Shown: piece by piece, positions 36,578 through 45,842 of the stretch
Position numbering within the stretch: the first letter of the stretch is position 1
Layout of the letters: each line of letters starts with the position of its first letter
Sequence record: MH791411.1
Reading direction: 5' to 3' (one strand)
From: Escherichia phage Ecwhy_1
Length of the DNA: 64,000 nt
Made by a program: the position numbers and the translations under genes
The notes under the pieces: generated by a model
What the model was told of the DNA's origin: nothing
The model's input: the letters and a program-made list of their open reading frames with translations, nothing else
The model's database searches: none

Positions 36578-37714
36578 ATGTTACCTTTTGCAAGAATGGT
36601 TAAGTACGGGAATATAAAAGTAAAGAGTACTATACAAAAAGTTATACTTGGTGGTGGTGGTCAATGTGTGGTAACATTACTCAGTGATGGTAGAGTGTAT
36701 GGACGTGGTTACAACACTACACATGGGTTAGGTACTGGTACAACAACATTCGTAAGTGATTGGGTATTAATGGGAGATAATATTGTTGATATCCATTCAA
36801 ATGGTGTTACTGGAACATTCCTTATTACCAAAGAAAATAGAATATTGTATTCTGGTTTTGCGACACCAATCAATGGCACAACATCACATTATACACGTTT
36901 CACTGATTTAACATCAACTGTATTTGCTGCGGTGGATGTTAGTAATATTAAAACAATTACGGGAAATGGTAATGTTACAATGGTTCTTTTGAATGATGGT
37001 TCACTTTATGGGAGTGGTGCAAATATAGGGGTTATAGGTAATGGTAGTAACGTTGCATTATCAACACAAACATATGTGACTAATGATGTGCGTGATGTGA
37101 AAACATATCCATCAATGAACACTATAACAAAAAATAATAATCAAATATTGGCTAGTGGTATTTTATACCAAGGCGTGAACGGTACAAATTCATCAATAAA
37201 CACGTCTTCATATACATTACTGTACACATTACCGAGTTCTGATTGTTTTCAATTTGCATTTGATACATATACATTTGGATATGTTGACCCTAGTACTAAC
37301 ACTTCTTATATAAGAGGTATACCAATAAATGGTTCATTAGGTAATGGCGTTACTAATAATACAGCAGTTACAACATGGGTTACTAAAGTTTGGAATACAC
37401 CAATTGATAGTTCTATACCTAATAAATCATATACAACTAACCATGTCTCCTTGTTCAATGATGGAAACTTATGGACAACTGGTGCATCTAGTGTAGGTTA
37501 TTCCAATGGTACAAATAGCACAACAGCTAATACATGGACCAGTTCATCTAATTTACCATTCAACACTAATAACATAACAGACTATGCTTTTGGTGGTAGT
37601 ATTACTGTAGTGGTAATCGACTACAGGACTATGTACATACTAGCTAACAACGCCATTGCTGGTACTGCTACGACAACTTATAAATTTGAGCCATATAATT
37701 CTCCACCAGTTTAA
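36578..37714 (+). CDS. RCC1-like repeat protein, array member 11
   Basis: MLPFARMVKYGN. Confidence 0.8.
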   Translation: MLPFARMVKYGNIKVKSTIQKVILGGGGQCVVTLLSDGRVYGRGYNTTHGLGTGTTTFVSDWVLMGDNIVDIHSNGVTGTFLITKENRILYSGFATPINGTTSHYTRFTDLTSTVFAAVDVSNIKTITGNGNVTMVLLNDGSLYGSGANIGVIGNGSNVALSTQTYVTNDVRDVKTYPSMNTITKNNNQILASGILYQGVNGTNSSINTSSYTLLYTLPSSDCFQFAFDTYTFGYVDPSTNTSYIRGIPINGSLGNGVTNNTAVTTWVTKVWNTPIDSSIPNKSYTTNHVSLFNDGNLWTTGASSVGYSNGTNSTTANTWTSSSNLPFNTNNITDYAFGGSITVVVIDYRTMYILANNAIAGTATTTYKFEPYNSPPV

Positions 37715-37746
37715 TATAATGCCAGTACTATGTACTGGCTTTTCTT
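37715..37746. terminator. terminator hairpin between convergent genes
   Basis: GCCAGTACTATGTACTGGC + T-run. Confidence 0.6.
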
Positions 37747-38397
37747 TTACATATTATATAATGTGAATGCAGTCACTTTACCAGTTGTTGTTAGTTCATT
37801 ATAAAGATACTCCAAGATTCTCGCACACTCTAAGTATATCTCGATATCATCATGAATAAGTGAGTACTGAAATAGCTGTTCTTCAGGTAATTTGTATTGA
37901 CTTCCTTTTAATGAATTGAGAATATCTTTCACATCATCAAGTACTGGGTAAAGTACGAAATCTTCATCATATTTTGAAGCAATAAATTCAAATCCACCAC
38001 CATCAGTACTAGATATACCAATCAGTACTTTATCAATCAAGTTAATGTTTATATAACGGTTGTGATTTGGGTGAATTGAAATCTCAAACATAAGAGTACT
38101 GTTACAATCAACATCAATATACAAATATACATCATTGAATTTATAAGTTAAGCAACCGTACTCAAGAAAATCAGAGCAAATAATTGATGAGTTTTTTCTC
38201 GTCTCTGCGTAATGCATCTTGATATTCTTTTCACGCATAAGTAATTCGAACTTTGCACTAAACTTGCCACCAGCAAGATAGTTAGTATTAGGACGTTTGT
38301 AACTTGCAACTGGTCGGTGGGATGATGTAAAGTATTTTTTTGTGAATCGTTTATGTTTAGTGAAATATTCTTGATAGAACTTACTTCTTTTATTCAT
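37747..38397 (-). CDS. hypothetical protein (216 aa), opposite strand inside array
   Basis: ORF track; GAGGT SD; divergent from array member 12. Confidence 0.6.
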   Translation of the reverse strand: MNKRSKFYQEYFTKHKRFTKKYFTSSHRPVASYKRPNTNYLAGGKFSAKFELLMREKNIKMHYAETRKNSSIICSDFLEYGCLTYKFNDVYLYIDVDCNSTLMFEISIHPNHNRYININLIDKVLIGISSTDGGGFEFIASKYDEDFVLYPVLDDVKDILNSLKGSQYKLPEEQLFQYSLIHDDIEIYLECARILEYLYNELTTTGKVTAFTLYNM

Positions 38398-38474
38398 GAG
38401 TACCTCAATTAAATCGCTGTAAAATTGTACATTATAAAATGATTAAATAAAGTATAACACAAGGAGATTTTATC

Positions 38475-39599
38475 ATGTTACCTTTCGTATTGTTATTTGA
38501 TTATGGGAACGAAAAACAAGAAAGTTCTTATGATGTTAGTGTATATGGAAACAATAACTACATTTTAAATAAACAAACTGGAAACCTTTTTGCATCCGGT
38601 GCTGCGGCATTCATGGGTGATAACACAGTTAAGTATTATATTACCCAAATAGAATCAAATGTTCATAGCTGTGAGATAGGTTTCCTATCATCATGGATAA
38701 TTAAGAAGGACAAAACTGTTTTCATTTTAGGAAACAAAAGCAGTATAGGATTAACTGGTTCGACAACATCATGGTTCGAAATTACAAATTTATTTTCTGC
38801 TGTTCCTGAAATATGGGACAACCTATTTGAATGTAAAGTTCAATTGGGATATAACTGTATACGTGTTATGACACCACTAGGATCAATCTATGCGATTGGT
38901 ACAAACACTTATGGTGCATTGGGTACTGGTACTACATCCTCATCAACTTCGTTCGTTAAAAGTGGTGCTGTGGATGCTGTACGCATGGAATCAACAGAAC
39001 GTTCAGTGTTCTATCAAAACAGTTCTGGACAATGGTTTGGATGTGGTGATAACACATATGGTATACTAGGTCTAGGAACTACCGCGAGTCGTGTAAACTC
39101 ATACACCGCACCAGTATGGACTAATGCAGAAGCTGTTAGCTTCTCTAACCGTGGGATCATATACAGCCTCAATGGTACTCTATACTCATGTGGTGACAAA
39201 GTTAATGGTCAGCTAGGGGATGGATATACACAAAGCATAGACGCTGCCAGGAGCACACCATACACCATAGGAACCGCATTCCAAATTGGTAAGGCAATAA
39301 CATCAGCTACACAAGCATCAGCCAACGTATTCATTGGTAAAGATAATAAGTTCTATGGTACTGGTAGTATTGCTGCTGGTATAAATGGTAGTGCTAGTGC
39401 TGCATTAAGTAAAGTTACTGCGTTATCAGCATCACTACCACCTGACATTACATACAATGATATTATAACATTTAATACAGGGACCGTAACTTTTATTCAA
39501 GCAAAAGGACAACTATATTATGTTGGTAGAAGAACTTACATAGATAATAGTTCAGACGTTACCACACAGTTCAGTGTAATTGGTGGCTTAGATAATTAA
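38475..39599 (+). CDS. RCC1-like repeat protein, array member 12
   Basis: MLPFVLLFDYGN; NTYGALGTGTT, NTYGILGLGTT, VNGQLGDGY. Confidence 0.85.
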   Translation: MLPFVLLFDYGNEKQESSYDVSVYGNNNYILNKQTGNLFASGAAAFMGDNTVKYYITQIESNVHSCEIGFLSSWIIKKDKTVFILGNKSSIGLTGSTTSWFEITNLFSAVPEIWDNLFECKVQLGYNCIRVMTPLGSIYAIGTNTYGALGTGTTSSSTSFVKSGAVDAVRMESTERSVFYQNSSGQWFGCGDNTYGILGLGTTASRVNSYTAPVWTNAEAVSFSNRGIIYSLNGTLYSCGDKVNGQLGDGYTQSIDAARSTPYTIGTAFQIGKAITSATQASANVFIGKDNKFYGTGSIAAGINGSASAALSKVTALSASLPPDITYNDIITFNTGTVTFIQAKGQLYYVGRRTYIDNSSDVTTQFSVIGGLDN

Positions 39600-39635
39600 A
39601 ATTAATCCAGTACTATTATAGTACTGGATTTTTTA
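39600..39635. terminator. bidirectional terminator candidate
   Basis: TCCAGTACTATTATAGTACTGGA hairpin flanked by T-runs between convergent genes. Confidence 0.6.
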
Positions 39636-40007
39636 TTATAACATACGTTTTTTACGAATAGTATTGTGGATATTTTTTAAGTAGTTCACACCTTTACACA
39701 ACCCATAAAATACACCAGCACATACACCAAATGCAGGTATCATACATGCAAACATCGTTATCAATTCCCACATCTCCATGCCATCTTGATTCGGTCCAAG
39801 GTCAAAGATAACAACCGAAACCAAACCTGTGATACTTAGCATATAATATGCCATGAAGATAATAAAAGAAACAATACCAACGTCAGATTTTACTGAATTT
39901 AGCATATTATATACTGGGGTTACACAGAAGTAATACAATAACCAAATCAAAGAACCTAAACTAAACACAATAATAGTAATGATTGAAAATATTTCACGAT
40001 AACTCAT
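39636..40007 (-). CDS. small polytopic membrane protein family, member (123 aa)
   Basis: 3-4 hydrophobic segments; basic C-terminus. Confidence 0.65.
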   Translation of the reverse strand: MSYREIFSIITIIVFSLGSLIWLLYYFCVTPVYNMLNSVKSDVGIVSFIIFMAYYMLSITGLVSVVIFDLGPNQDGMEMWELITMFACMIPAFGVCAGVFYGLCKGVNYLKNIHNTIRKKRML

Positions 40008-40008
40008 T

Positions 40009-40371
40009 TTAGTCCCTCGTGCCTAAACGCTCATGGATTTCGGAAATCTTATGATACATCCACGCCAGCAACTCAACGGATGCACAGAGAATAACCACAC
40101 ACAGTGTTAGTGAACATACCATAATACCAAATGTTATAAAATTCGAACTCGATGTTAATAATGCAACCAGCATTAGAATAAAACCAAAATTGAATGCTGT
40201 ACTCAACACAGTATATGCTGGACTATATCTCCTTTGTATTACATCATATATATTTGATAATGGTCGCTTATGGAAGTACTTCCCAATGCACACGAATGCA
40301 TTCAGTGAGAAGATAAATGTATACGCCATTACCATTAATTGACCAATAAAAGATAATTCAATATTATTCAT
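40009..40371 (-). CDS. small membrane protein family member (120 aa)
   Basis: hydrophobic segments; tightly coupled. Confidence 0.65.
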   Translation of the reverse strand: MNNIELSFIGQLMVMAYTFIFSLNAFVCIGKYFHKRPLSNIYDVIQRRYSPAYTVLSTAFNFGFILMLVALLTSSSNFITFGIMVCSLTLCVVILCASVELLAWMYHKISEIHERLGTRD

Positions 40372-40372
40372 G

Positions 40373-40744
40373 TTATCCTCGTTTGCGGTATTTGATGCTT
40401 TGGTGCATTCTCTGAAAATGTGGAACTAATACATATTGTACGGTTTGCCAAATTACCATCAGATTATGGACAGCACCACCGAGTAGACCAAACACTACAC
40501 AGATAATTGCCAGTACTGGATCACCATCTACCATACCCCATTTGAATATATGTAAAATCCATACAGTGATAAGTAGTAATAAACTAATCCAATACGTAGT
40601 AAAAAATCCTGCATGTAATTCATAGTCATCAGCAATTTCATCGTATACGGTTTCCAAGAAGGATACACAGAAGAACTTGCCAATAATAACAATTGTACTA
40701 ATAAACAACATAGCAGTTAATATAATAAGTGCAATTTCCATCAC
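40373..40744 (-). CDS. small membrane protein family member (123 aa)
   Basis: hydrophobic segments; tightly coupled. Confidence 0.65.
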   Translation of the reverse strand: MMEIALIILTAMLFISTIVIIGKFFCVSFLETVYDEIADDYELHAGFFTTYWISLLLLITVWILHIFKWGMVDGDPVLAIICVVFGLLGGAVHNLMVIWQTVQYVLVPHFQRMHQSIKYRKRG

Positions 40745-41055
40745 ATCCCTCGTTTACGCTTTTGATTGCGTCTAAATTCGGTTAGCCCACGAGTAATCGG
40801 TGGCATCAGACTACATAAAAAAATAACAGTTGTTGGTAATAACATGAAGTCAATCATTGCTGTATTAACAGGTGGTTCACATATCAAATAATACAAGCAA
40901 GTAATACTAATTATGGTTGACCCAATAAAAGGAATACAAAATTCTTTTATCTGTTTTTCAACATAATCAAACATCTTCAGTACAAATAAAAATCCAACCC
41001 AACACATAATAAAATAGAATGAATAAAGCGTGTAAATCAATGTTACGATATCCAT
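40741..41055 (-). CDS. small membrane protein family member (104 aa)
   Basis: hydrophobic segments; overlapping stop/start. Confidence 0.65.
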   Translation of the reverse strand: MDIVTLIYTLYSFYFIMCWVGFLFVLKMFDYVEKQIKEFCIPFIGSTIISITCLYYLICEPPVNTAMIDFMLLPTTVIFLCSLMPPITRGLTEFRRNQKRKRGM

Positions 41056-41393
41056 TAGTACCTCGCATCAGGAACTTTAGCACGTAATTTATGAACGACT
41101 GGGAACAACAACAAACTTACATATGCAATAGTTGAACCCCAATAGAATACTAATATAATTGGTTCACCATTGGAACGGAACCCTCTACTAATCATTGAGT
41201 AGTGAATAATTGGCATAATCATCGCCATACCAAACCATGCGTGTAATTTTAATTGCAACAGGTGTTCAGAGATGAATACTGAAATTGGTCGTTTGAAGAA
41301 CCACATAAGAAAGTAGAATCCAGCACTAAGAATATAGTACATAATACTAACTTTCATATACCACGGCAGTAAGTGTAAAAAATATTCCATCAT
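41055..41393 (-). CDS. small membrane protein family member (112 aa)
   Basis: C-term LRAKVPDARY. Confidence 0.65.
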   Translation of the reverse strand: MMEYFLHLLPWYMKVSIMYYILSAGFYFLMWFFKRPISVFISEHLLQLKLHAWFGMAMIMPIIHYSMISRGFRSNGEPIILVFYWGSTIAYVSLLLFPVVHKLRAKVPDARY

Positions 41394-41737
41394 TCCTCCG
41401 GTATCTTGTTTCGAAGTTCAATCATAACACAACAAATTTTAATGGTCAAGTAAAAAACTACACATATCATACCCAATGTACCGTAAACTGCGGAGAATGC
41501 TGGCAGTACCTTTCCTGTGAGTGTTGCTACAATACATGCTATCAATGTTGATGCAAACAACGATTGATTAATGAAAGAATTCATAAAATCTTCACCATTA
41601 CGCTTATAGAATTGTCGTTTAAAATACCATCCTAGAAACATAACTACCCAAAATGTTACATAACCTGTTAGAATAATCCCTGCAATTGAATGTGCAACAG
41701 AACTACTCTTTAAAAACTCAAGATAAGATTCAAACAT
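41390..41737 (-). CDS. small membrane protein family member (115 aa)
   Basis: C-term LRNKIPEE. Confidence 0.65.
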   Translation of the reverse strand: MFESYLEFLKSSSVAHSIAGIILTGYVTFWVVMFLGWYFKRQFYKRNGEDFMNSFINQSLFASTLIACIVATLTGKVLPAFSAVYGTLGMICVVFYLTIKICCVMIELRNKIPEE

Positions 41738-42075
41738 TAGAAGTCCCCACGAATTTTTGCTCTACCATTAATGATGAGATTAAACAAGTATATCAGCACC
41801 CAAATTAGTAATCCAAGGAATACAATATATTGTGATATTGAGTTCAACTGTGGATTAGCACAATAAATTAAGTGTGCGATAAGACCAACAATTGCAAACA
41901 TACCTTGGATAATAGTGAAAAGAAGTAGTGAAATGTTTCCATCAGGATACAGTTTGAAAACGATTTTCTTTTTAAAATACCATAGTACTACAACTAGTGC
42001 ATGATAAAAGAAAAAACCAAACAGATAAATCAAAGTAATACTAAGCATTGTATCTGAATTAAAAAACTCAAGCAT
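41737..42075 (-). CDS. small membrane protein family member (112 aa), first of operon
   Basis: AGGAG SD; TTGACA..TATAAC promoter upstream. Confidence 0.65.
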   Translation of the reverse strand: MLEFFNSDTMLSITLIYLFGFFFYHALVVVLWYFKKKIVFKLYPDGNISLLLFTIIQGMFAIVGLIAHLIYCANPQLNSISQYIVFLGLLIWVLIYLFNLIINGRAKIRGDF

Positions 42076-42142
42076 ATCGTATCTCCTGTGGTGAATATTA
42101 AGTTATAGTACTACACTATGGTAGTACTGTCAATACATGTAA
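42076..42142 (-). promoter_or_regulatory. promoter of membrane-protein operon
   Basis: minus strand TTGACA ~N19 TATAAC + AGGAG. Confidence 0.5.
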
Positions 42143-42913
42143 TTAAATTTTCTCAAGGAACAAGTTTTCGCACTGCTCTTCCCAATCATACGGATTGTTG
42201 TTGTATACTGCTGAAATCAACAGAGGCATACGCAGTGAAGGAGCACGAAGTGCATCTTCATGTTTCAGCATCCAATTCAGGATTGCTTTGCTACCATTAC
42301 TATTAACACCTTTAGTTGACAGGATGTTGGTCTTGTTCATTACGTTTTCAATGTGAATCATGATATCGCTTTTAGTCTGGATCTGTAAGTCAACATACAC
42401 AGAGCGAGACATAAGAGCAGCATAGTGAGCAGACATTTTGGTTTTAGCTTTAGCATTCAGTGCTAAATCTTTGTTAGTAATGAATACGATACGACCGTTA
42501 AAATCAAAGCTGTTAGGGATACCGTTGGTAGTTAAGTACTTAGAGCTAGTCATGTAAGACACAGTACGTTTACCGCTGTCCAGTACAGCTTTGAGCAGGT
42601 TCATACCGTCTTCTGAATCAAAGATGCTGTCCATATCATCCAGTACTAATACGTTGGTGCTGTGACGATTCTTGTACAGAACTTCATACAGAGCAAGAGT
42701 AGTCATCTTACCACTGATAGTAGCTACGTTCCATTCTGCTGCGTCATGAGCTTTCTGGAGGCGTTGTGACAGGGTGTAAGTCTTACCAACACCAGGTGCA
42801 CCGCTGACAACCATACTTTTTACAGTACTGTTATCGTCGAGCAAACACTCAAGAGCAACCATCATGGAGTTGAAGTTTTTCTGAATTTGAATGCTACGTG
42901 CTTCTCTGGTCAT
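42143..42913 (-). CDS. P-loop NTPase (AAA-type ATPase-like), 256 aa
   Basis: Walker A GAPGVGKT; Walker B-like VLVLDDMD. Confidence 0.75.
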   Translation of the reverse strand: MTREARSIQIQKNFNSMMVALECLLDDNSTVKSMVVSGAPGVGKTYTLSQRLQKAHDAAEWNVATISGKMTTLALYEVLYKNRHSTNVLVLDDMDSIFDSEDGMNLLKAVLDSGKRTVSYMTSSKYLTTNGIPNSFDFNGRIVFITNKDLALNAKAKTKMSAHYAALMSRSVYVDLQIQTKSDIMIHIENVMNKTNILSTKGVNSNGSKAILNWMLKHEDALRAPSLRMPLLISAVYNNNPYDWEEQCENLFLEKI

Positions 42914-42980
42914 TTCGTTATCCTCATCAATTGATGAAATAATTATAGCAAAAAGGGCTGACCTAAGTCAACCCTTTTGT
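42914..42980 (-). promoter_or_regulatory. class-B cassette: terminator hairpin overlapping promoter
   Basis: GGGTTGAC-loop-GTCAGCCC hairpin + T-run; TTGACT (in stem) ~N18 TATAAT; GAGGA SD. Confidence 0.6.
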
Positions 42981-44324
42981 TTAGTTTTGTTTCACCCCAC
43001 CCCATTTTTCATAGATGGCAATAATTTTATCTATGTTGTTTGGTGTAGTTGTTTCTGTATACCCATCCCCCACCTCTCTTTTAGTGAAGATTGGACAAAA
43101 CTGCCTTTTACATTCATTTTCTGCGTTAGTACAATTTCCAACACTTGGAAAGCGATACGAATACATTGGTTTTATATCAAAAATACTATTCAAATTTTGT
43201 TTTGAAACTCGATTGCCCTTTACTGTTTCTTTTCCATATTTCACACCAACACATACCCCGCTGTCCATTATTACATGAATATATGTATATGTTGCACACT
43301 TTCCGGCATCATATGGGTTACCTTGATGTTTATCTAAAAAGTTCGTTATAGATGTTTTATATGGTAAATTATTACTACTCCCCATCAACATTATGTTAGT
43401 TTTCTGATTTGGTTTTTCTGGATTGTGTTCAAACCCTATAAATTTATCATTTGAATTACGAAATTCTAATTCCTTTTTTATACGATATACATACTGTGAT
43501 TTAGTCCAGTGGAAATTAGTTGAACACCTACACGGTATAATATGTGCAGATGATAAATCATTTAGTGTTGCGTAGAATACACCATCACATACACCAGCTT
43601 GTACATATTCATCATAACTACACTTCGCACACACAAATTTGTATAAACGATAATTTCCCCTCATCTTTTCTGATGGTTGAATTGTAAATTCATTAGTTAA
43701 ATGACCATTATTATTAATTTTATCTATATGATATTGTAGTGGTTTAGAGTTAGTTTTAGTTATTGACTCTTTTTTACATTTCATACAACCAAATGTTTTA
43801 TTTTTTGATGTTAACGTATTAATATTAGAAATCGAACAAAACACATTATGTTTGTTACAATAAATTAGTATCTCAGTGTTGGTAGCATTAATTTTATCAT
43901 AAGAACCAAGACCCAATAATGTATATATCCCACCACTGAATTTTTTGAATTGTTCAATAATAGTCATAATATGTTGTGTATTTGTTTTCTTTGTCCACTT
44001 TGTTGCAGATTTCTTTTTAGTAATATGTATGGAGTTTATTCCCAATCCATATATTAAACCATTCGGGACATCATATTTTTTAAGATAGTGTTTACTATTA
44101 TTGTAAATGAAATATCCCAAAATCGAGTTATCATTATTGGAAAAATCATCTTGGGGTAATTTATTAAAATCCATATGGTTGAAATCTTTTGTTGGATGGC
44201 GTTCTGATAAAATAATACGAGTTATTTTATCAGAATCGACCATTTTTGAACAAATTGTAATTCTAACATCTTGTATGAAATTCAATTTGGTACATTTAAA
44301 AGGTACTTTAATATCAACACGCAT
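42981..44324 (-). CDS. Cys-rich hypothetical protein (447 aa)
   Basis: ORF track; several CxxC/CxC pairs; no confident family assignment. Confidence 0.65.
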   Translation of the reverse strand: MRVDIKVPFKCTKLNFIQDVRITICSKMVDSDKITRIILSERHPTKDFNHMDFNKLPQDDFSNNDNSILGYFIYNNSKHYLKKYDVPNGLIYGLGINSIHITKKKSATKWTKKTNTQHIMTIIEQFKKFSGGIYTLLGLGSYDKINATNTEILIYCNKHNVFCSISNINTLTSKNKTFGCMKCKKESITKTNSKPLQYHIDKINNNGHLTNEFTIQPSEKMRGNYRLYKFVCAKCSYDEYVQAGVCDGVFYATLNDLSSAHIIPCRCSTNFHWTKSQYVYRIKKELEFRNSNDKFIGFEHNPEKPNQKTNIMLMGSSNNLPYKTSITNFLDKHQGNPYDAGKCATYTYIHVIMDSGVCVGVKYGKETVKGNRVSKQNLNSIFDIKPMYSYRFPSVGNCTNAENECKRQFCPIFTKREVGDGYTETTTPNNIDKIIAIYEKWGGVKQN

Positions 44325-44553
44325 TACTTAAAACTCCTTTCCAGTACTGAACCCGTCCAGCACCATTAATCTTAGCTTGAATCTTATCTTTTTCGACAAG
44401 ACCTTCTTTGTAATCGATGGAAGTATTATCGCACTGAATTACATCTAAGTCAAGTACTTCTTGTGTACTTAATGAAGTATTGTCTGCAATTTGTTGTAAT
44501 GTAATGATATCAGTACCGAAGAATTCTGCTAAACGTATAAAAGATAGTTTCAT
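44314..44553 (-). CDS. hypothetical protein (79 aa)
   Basis: ORF track; overlaps start of 447-aa gene. Confidence 0.55.
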   Translation of the reverse strand: MKLSFIRLAEFFGTDIITLQQIADNTSLSTQEVLDLDVIQCDNTSIDYKEGLVEKDKIQAKINGAGRVQYWKGVLSNAC

Positions 44554-44673
44554 GTATTGCCTCTTGAGATGATGAAATAATTATAGCAAAAAGGGCTGAC
44601 CTAAGTCAACCCTGTTTTAAAGTTTTTTTAATATGTTGATAACGACGGTATGTATTCACCATCTGTCATCATT
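44554..44673 (-). promoter_or_regulatory. class-B cassette
   Basis: same ~45 bp as 42925-42975. Confidence 0.6.
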
Positions 44674-45411
44674 TCACACGATATCCCCATATGGTTTAAT
44701 TGTTTTTAGACACCAAGGAATAGGAATCCCATATTCAGAACCCCATAAATCTGAATAAGAATTATAGAGTTCACCAAGTTCTTTCATCTGTTCATAGTTG
44801 TTCAACAACTGATATTGAAAGTCTAAGCCTTCATCCCCAACTGGTACAAACTTATTACCAAGTAGGTTATTTTTTACTTTACCTATATGTATGCCATGTG
44901 TCGCATCAGATATCGTCCCATCACTTTCTAACCAAAACGATCCATCATATGATCCACTACCTCTACGAATATAAATTCTTTCTCCATATGGAACAATAGC
45001 TGGAGTTGTCATATCATGCAATGCATTATTGTACTTATTATCTTTATCAAAAGTATTAATACTACCTTCAGAAAAAGATTTATTATTAGAAAGAATAAAG
45101 TATGCCATATCATTTATTAATTGTGATGGAACCCATCCATGCGAATCACCATCAGAACCTACGTTGTAATAAGTAATTTCGTTTCCTAATTTATCAACTG
45201 TAATATCAATATCATATACAGGAAATGACCCACTATAACGTTCATAACCATGAGCATCGAATGTTAAATATCCATTATTATCTAATATCATACTATAAGT
45301 ACTATTATTAATAACAATAGTAAGTTCTTTTTGTTTTCCACATTTTAAGGTAGTTCGCGAATAAGTTAATTCATAATATGTTTTGTATAAGTAATGTTCT
45401 TCTATCAACAT
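44674..45411 (-). CDS. hypothetical protein (245 aa)
   Basis: ORF track. Confidence 0.6.
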   Translation of the reverse strand: MLIEEHYLYKTYYELTYSRTTLKCGKQKELTIVINNSTYSMILDNNGYLTFDAHGYERYSGSFPVYDIDITVDKLGNEITYYNVGSDGDSHGWVPSQLINDMAYFILSNNKSFSEGSINTFDKDNKYNNALHDMTTPAIVPYGERIYIRRGSGSYDGSFWLESDGTISDATHGIHIGKVKNNLLGNKFVPVGDEGLDFQYQLLNNYEQMKELGELYNSYSDLWGSEYGIPIPWCLKTIKPYGDIV

Positions 45412-45609
45412 TTAAATATCCTTGTTGGATAATCATAACGTTAGTTCGTTAATGATTATTATATAAAGGATGATAACTAACTATTTTTCAAGTTAATATA
45501 TTCACCCCATAAATTATATATATTGTTTTCAACACAATCATCATCGCTTAATTCTATCATTGACGATATAAGTACTGAATAGTTCATTACACATCTGTCA
45601 CTACATCAA

Positions 45610-45804
45610 CTAATCCTCACTGAAAACAACAATAAGGAATGACACGAACAATGCCGCATAACAAGGAGCTATCTTCATGTACCACGGGACTTCATAATAC
45701 CATGTACCCAATTCATCCCACGAAAAGAGTATACTCACACCGAAGCCGATTAGCGATAGTACAATAAAAGAAATCCAGAAACGCTTTGAATATACTAATA
45801 ACAT
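45610..45804 (-). CDS. small membrane peptide (64 aa)
   Basis: two hydrophobic segments. Confidence 0.5.
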   Translation of the reverse strand: MLLVYSKRFWISFIVLSLIGFGVSILFSWDELGTWYYEVPWYMKIAPCYAALFVSFLIVVFSED

Positions 45805-45842
45805 GTTATGTTCCTTTGTGTGACCGAAGTTAACCCTTACCT

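Noticed and set aside
24923-39199. Antisense minus-strand ORFs inside the RCC1-like genes (24923-25150, 25478-25693, 25700-25930, 29629-29892, 30645-30890, 31356-31589, 31945-32259, 32357-32629, 33983-34192, 35241-35594, 39014-39199)
   Set aside because: Fully embedded in much longer plus-strand genes with conserved family features; no start signals.
19630-39635. Possible CRISPR array, given the many regularly spaced repeats
   Set aside because: Repeat units are hundreds to >1000 bp and contain protein-coding genes; the conserved parts are promoter/terminator cassettes and gene 5-prime ends, not 25-40-bp repeats with unique spacers.
43015-43351. Plus-strand ORFs 42891-43205, 43015-43278, 43145-43351, 44107-44331 opposite the 447-aa gene
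   Set aside because: Mutually overlapping antisense frames within a long minus-strand ORF.
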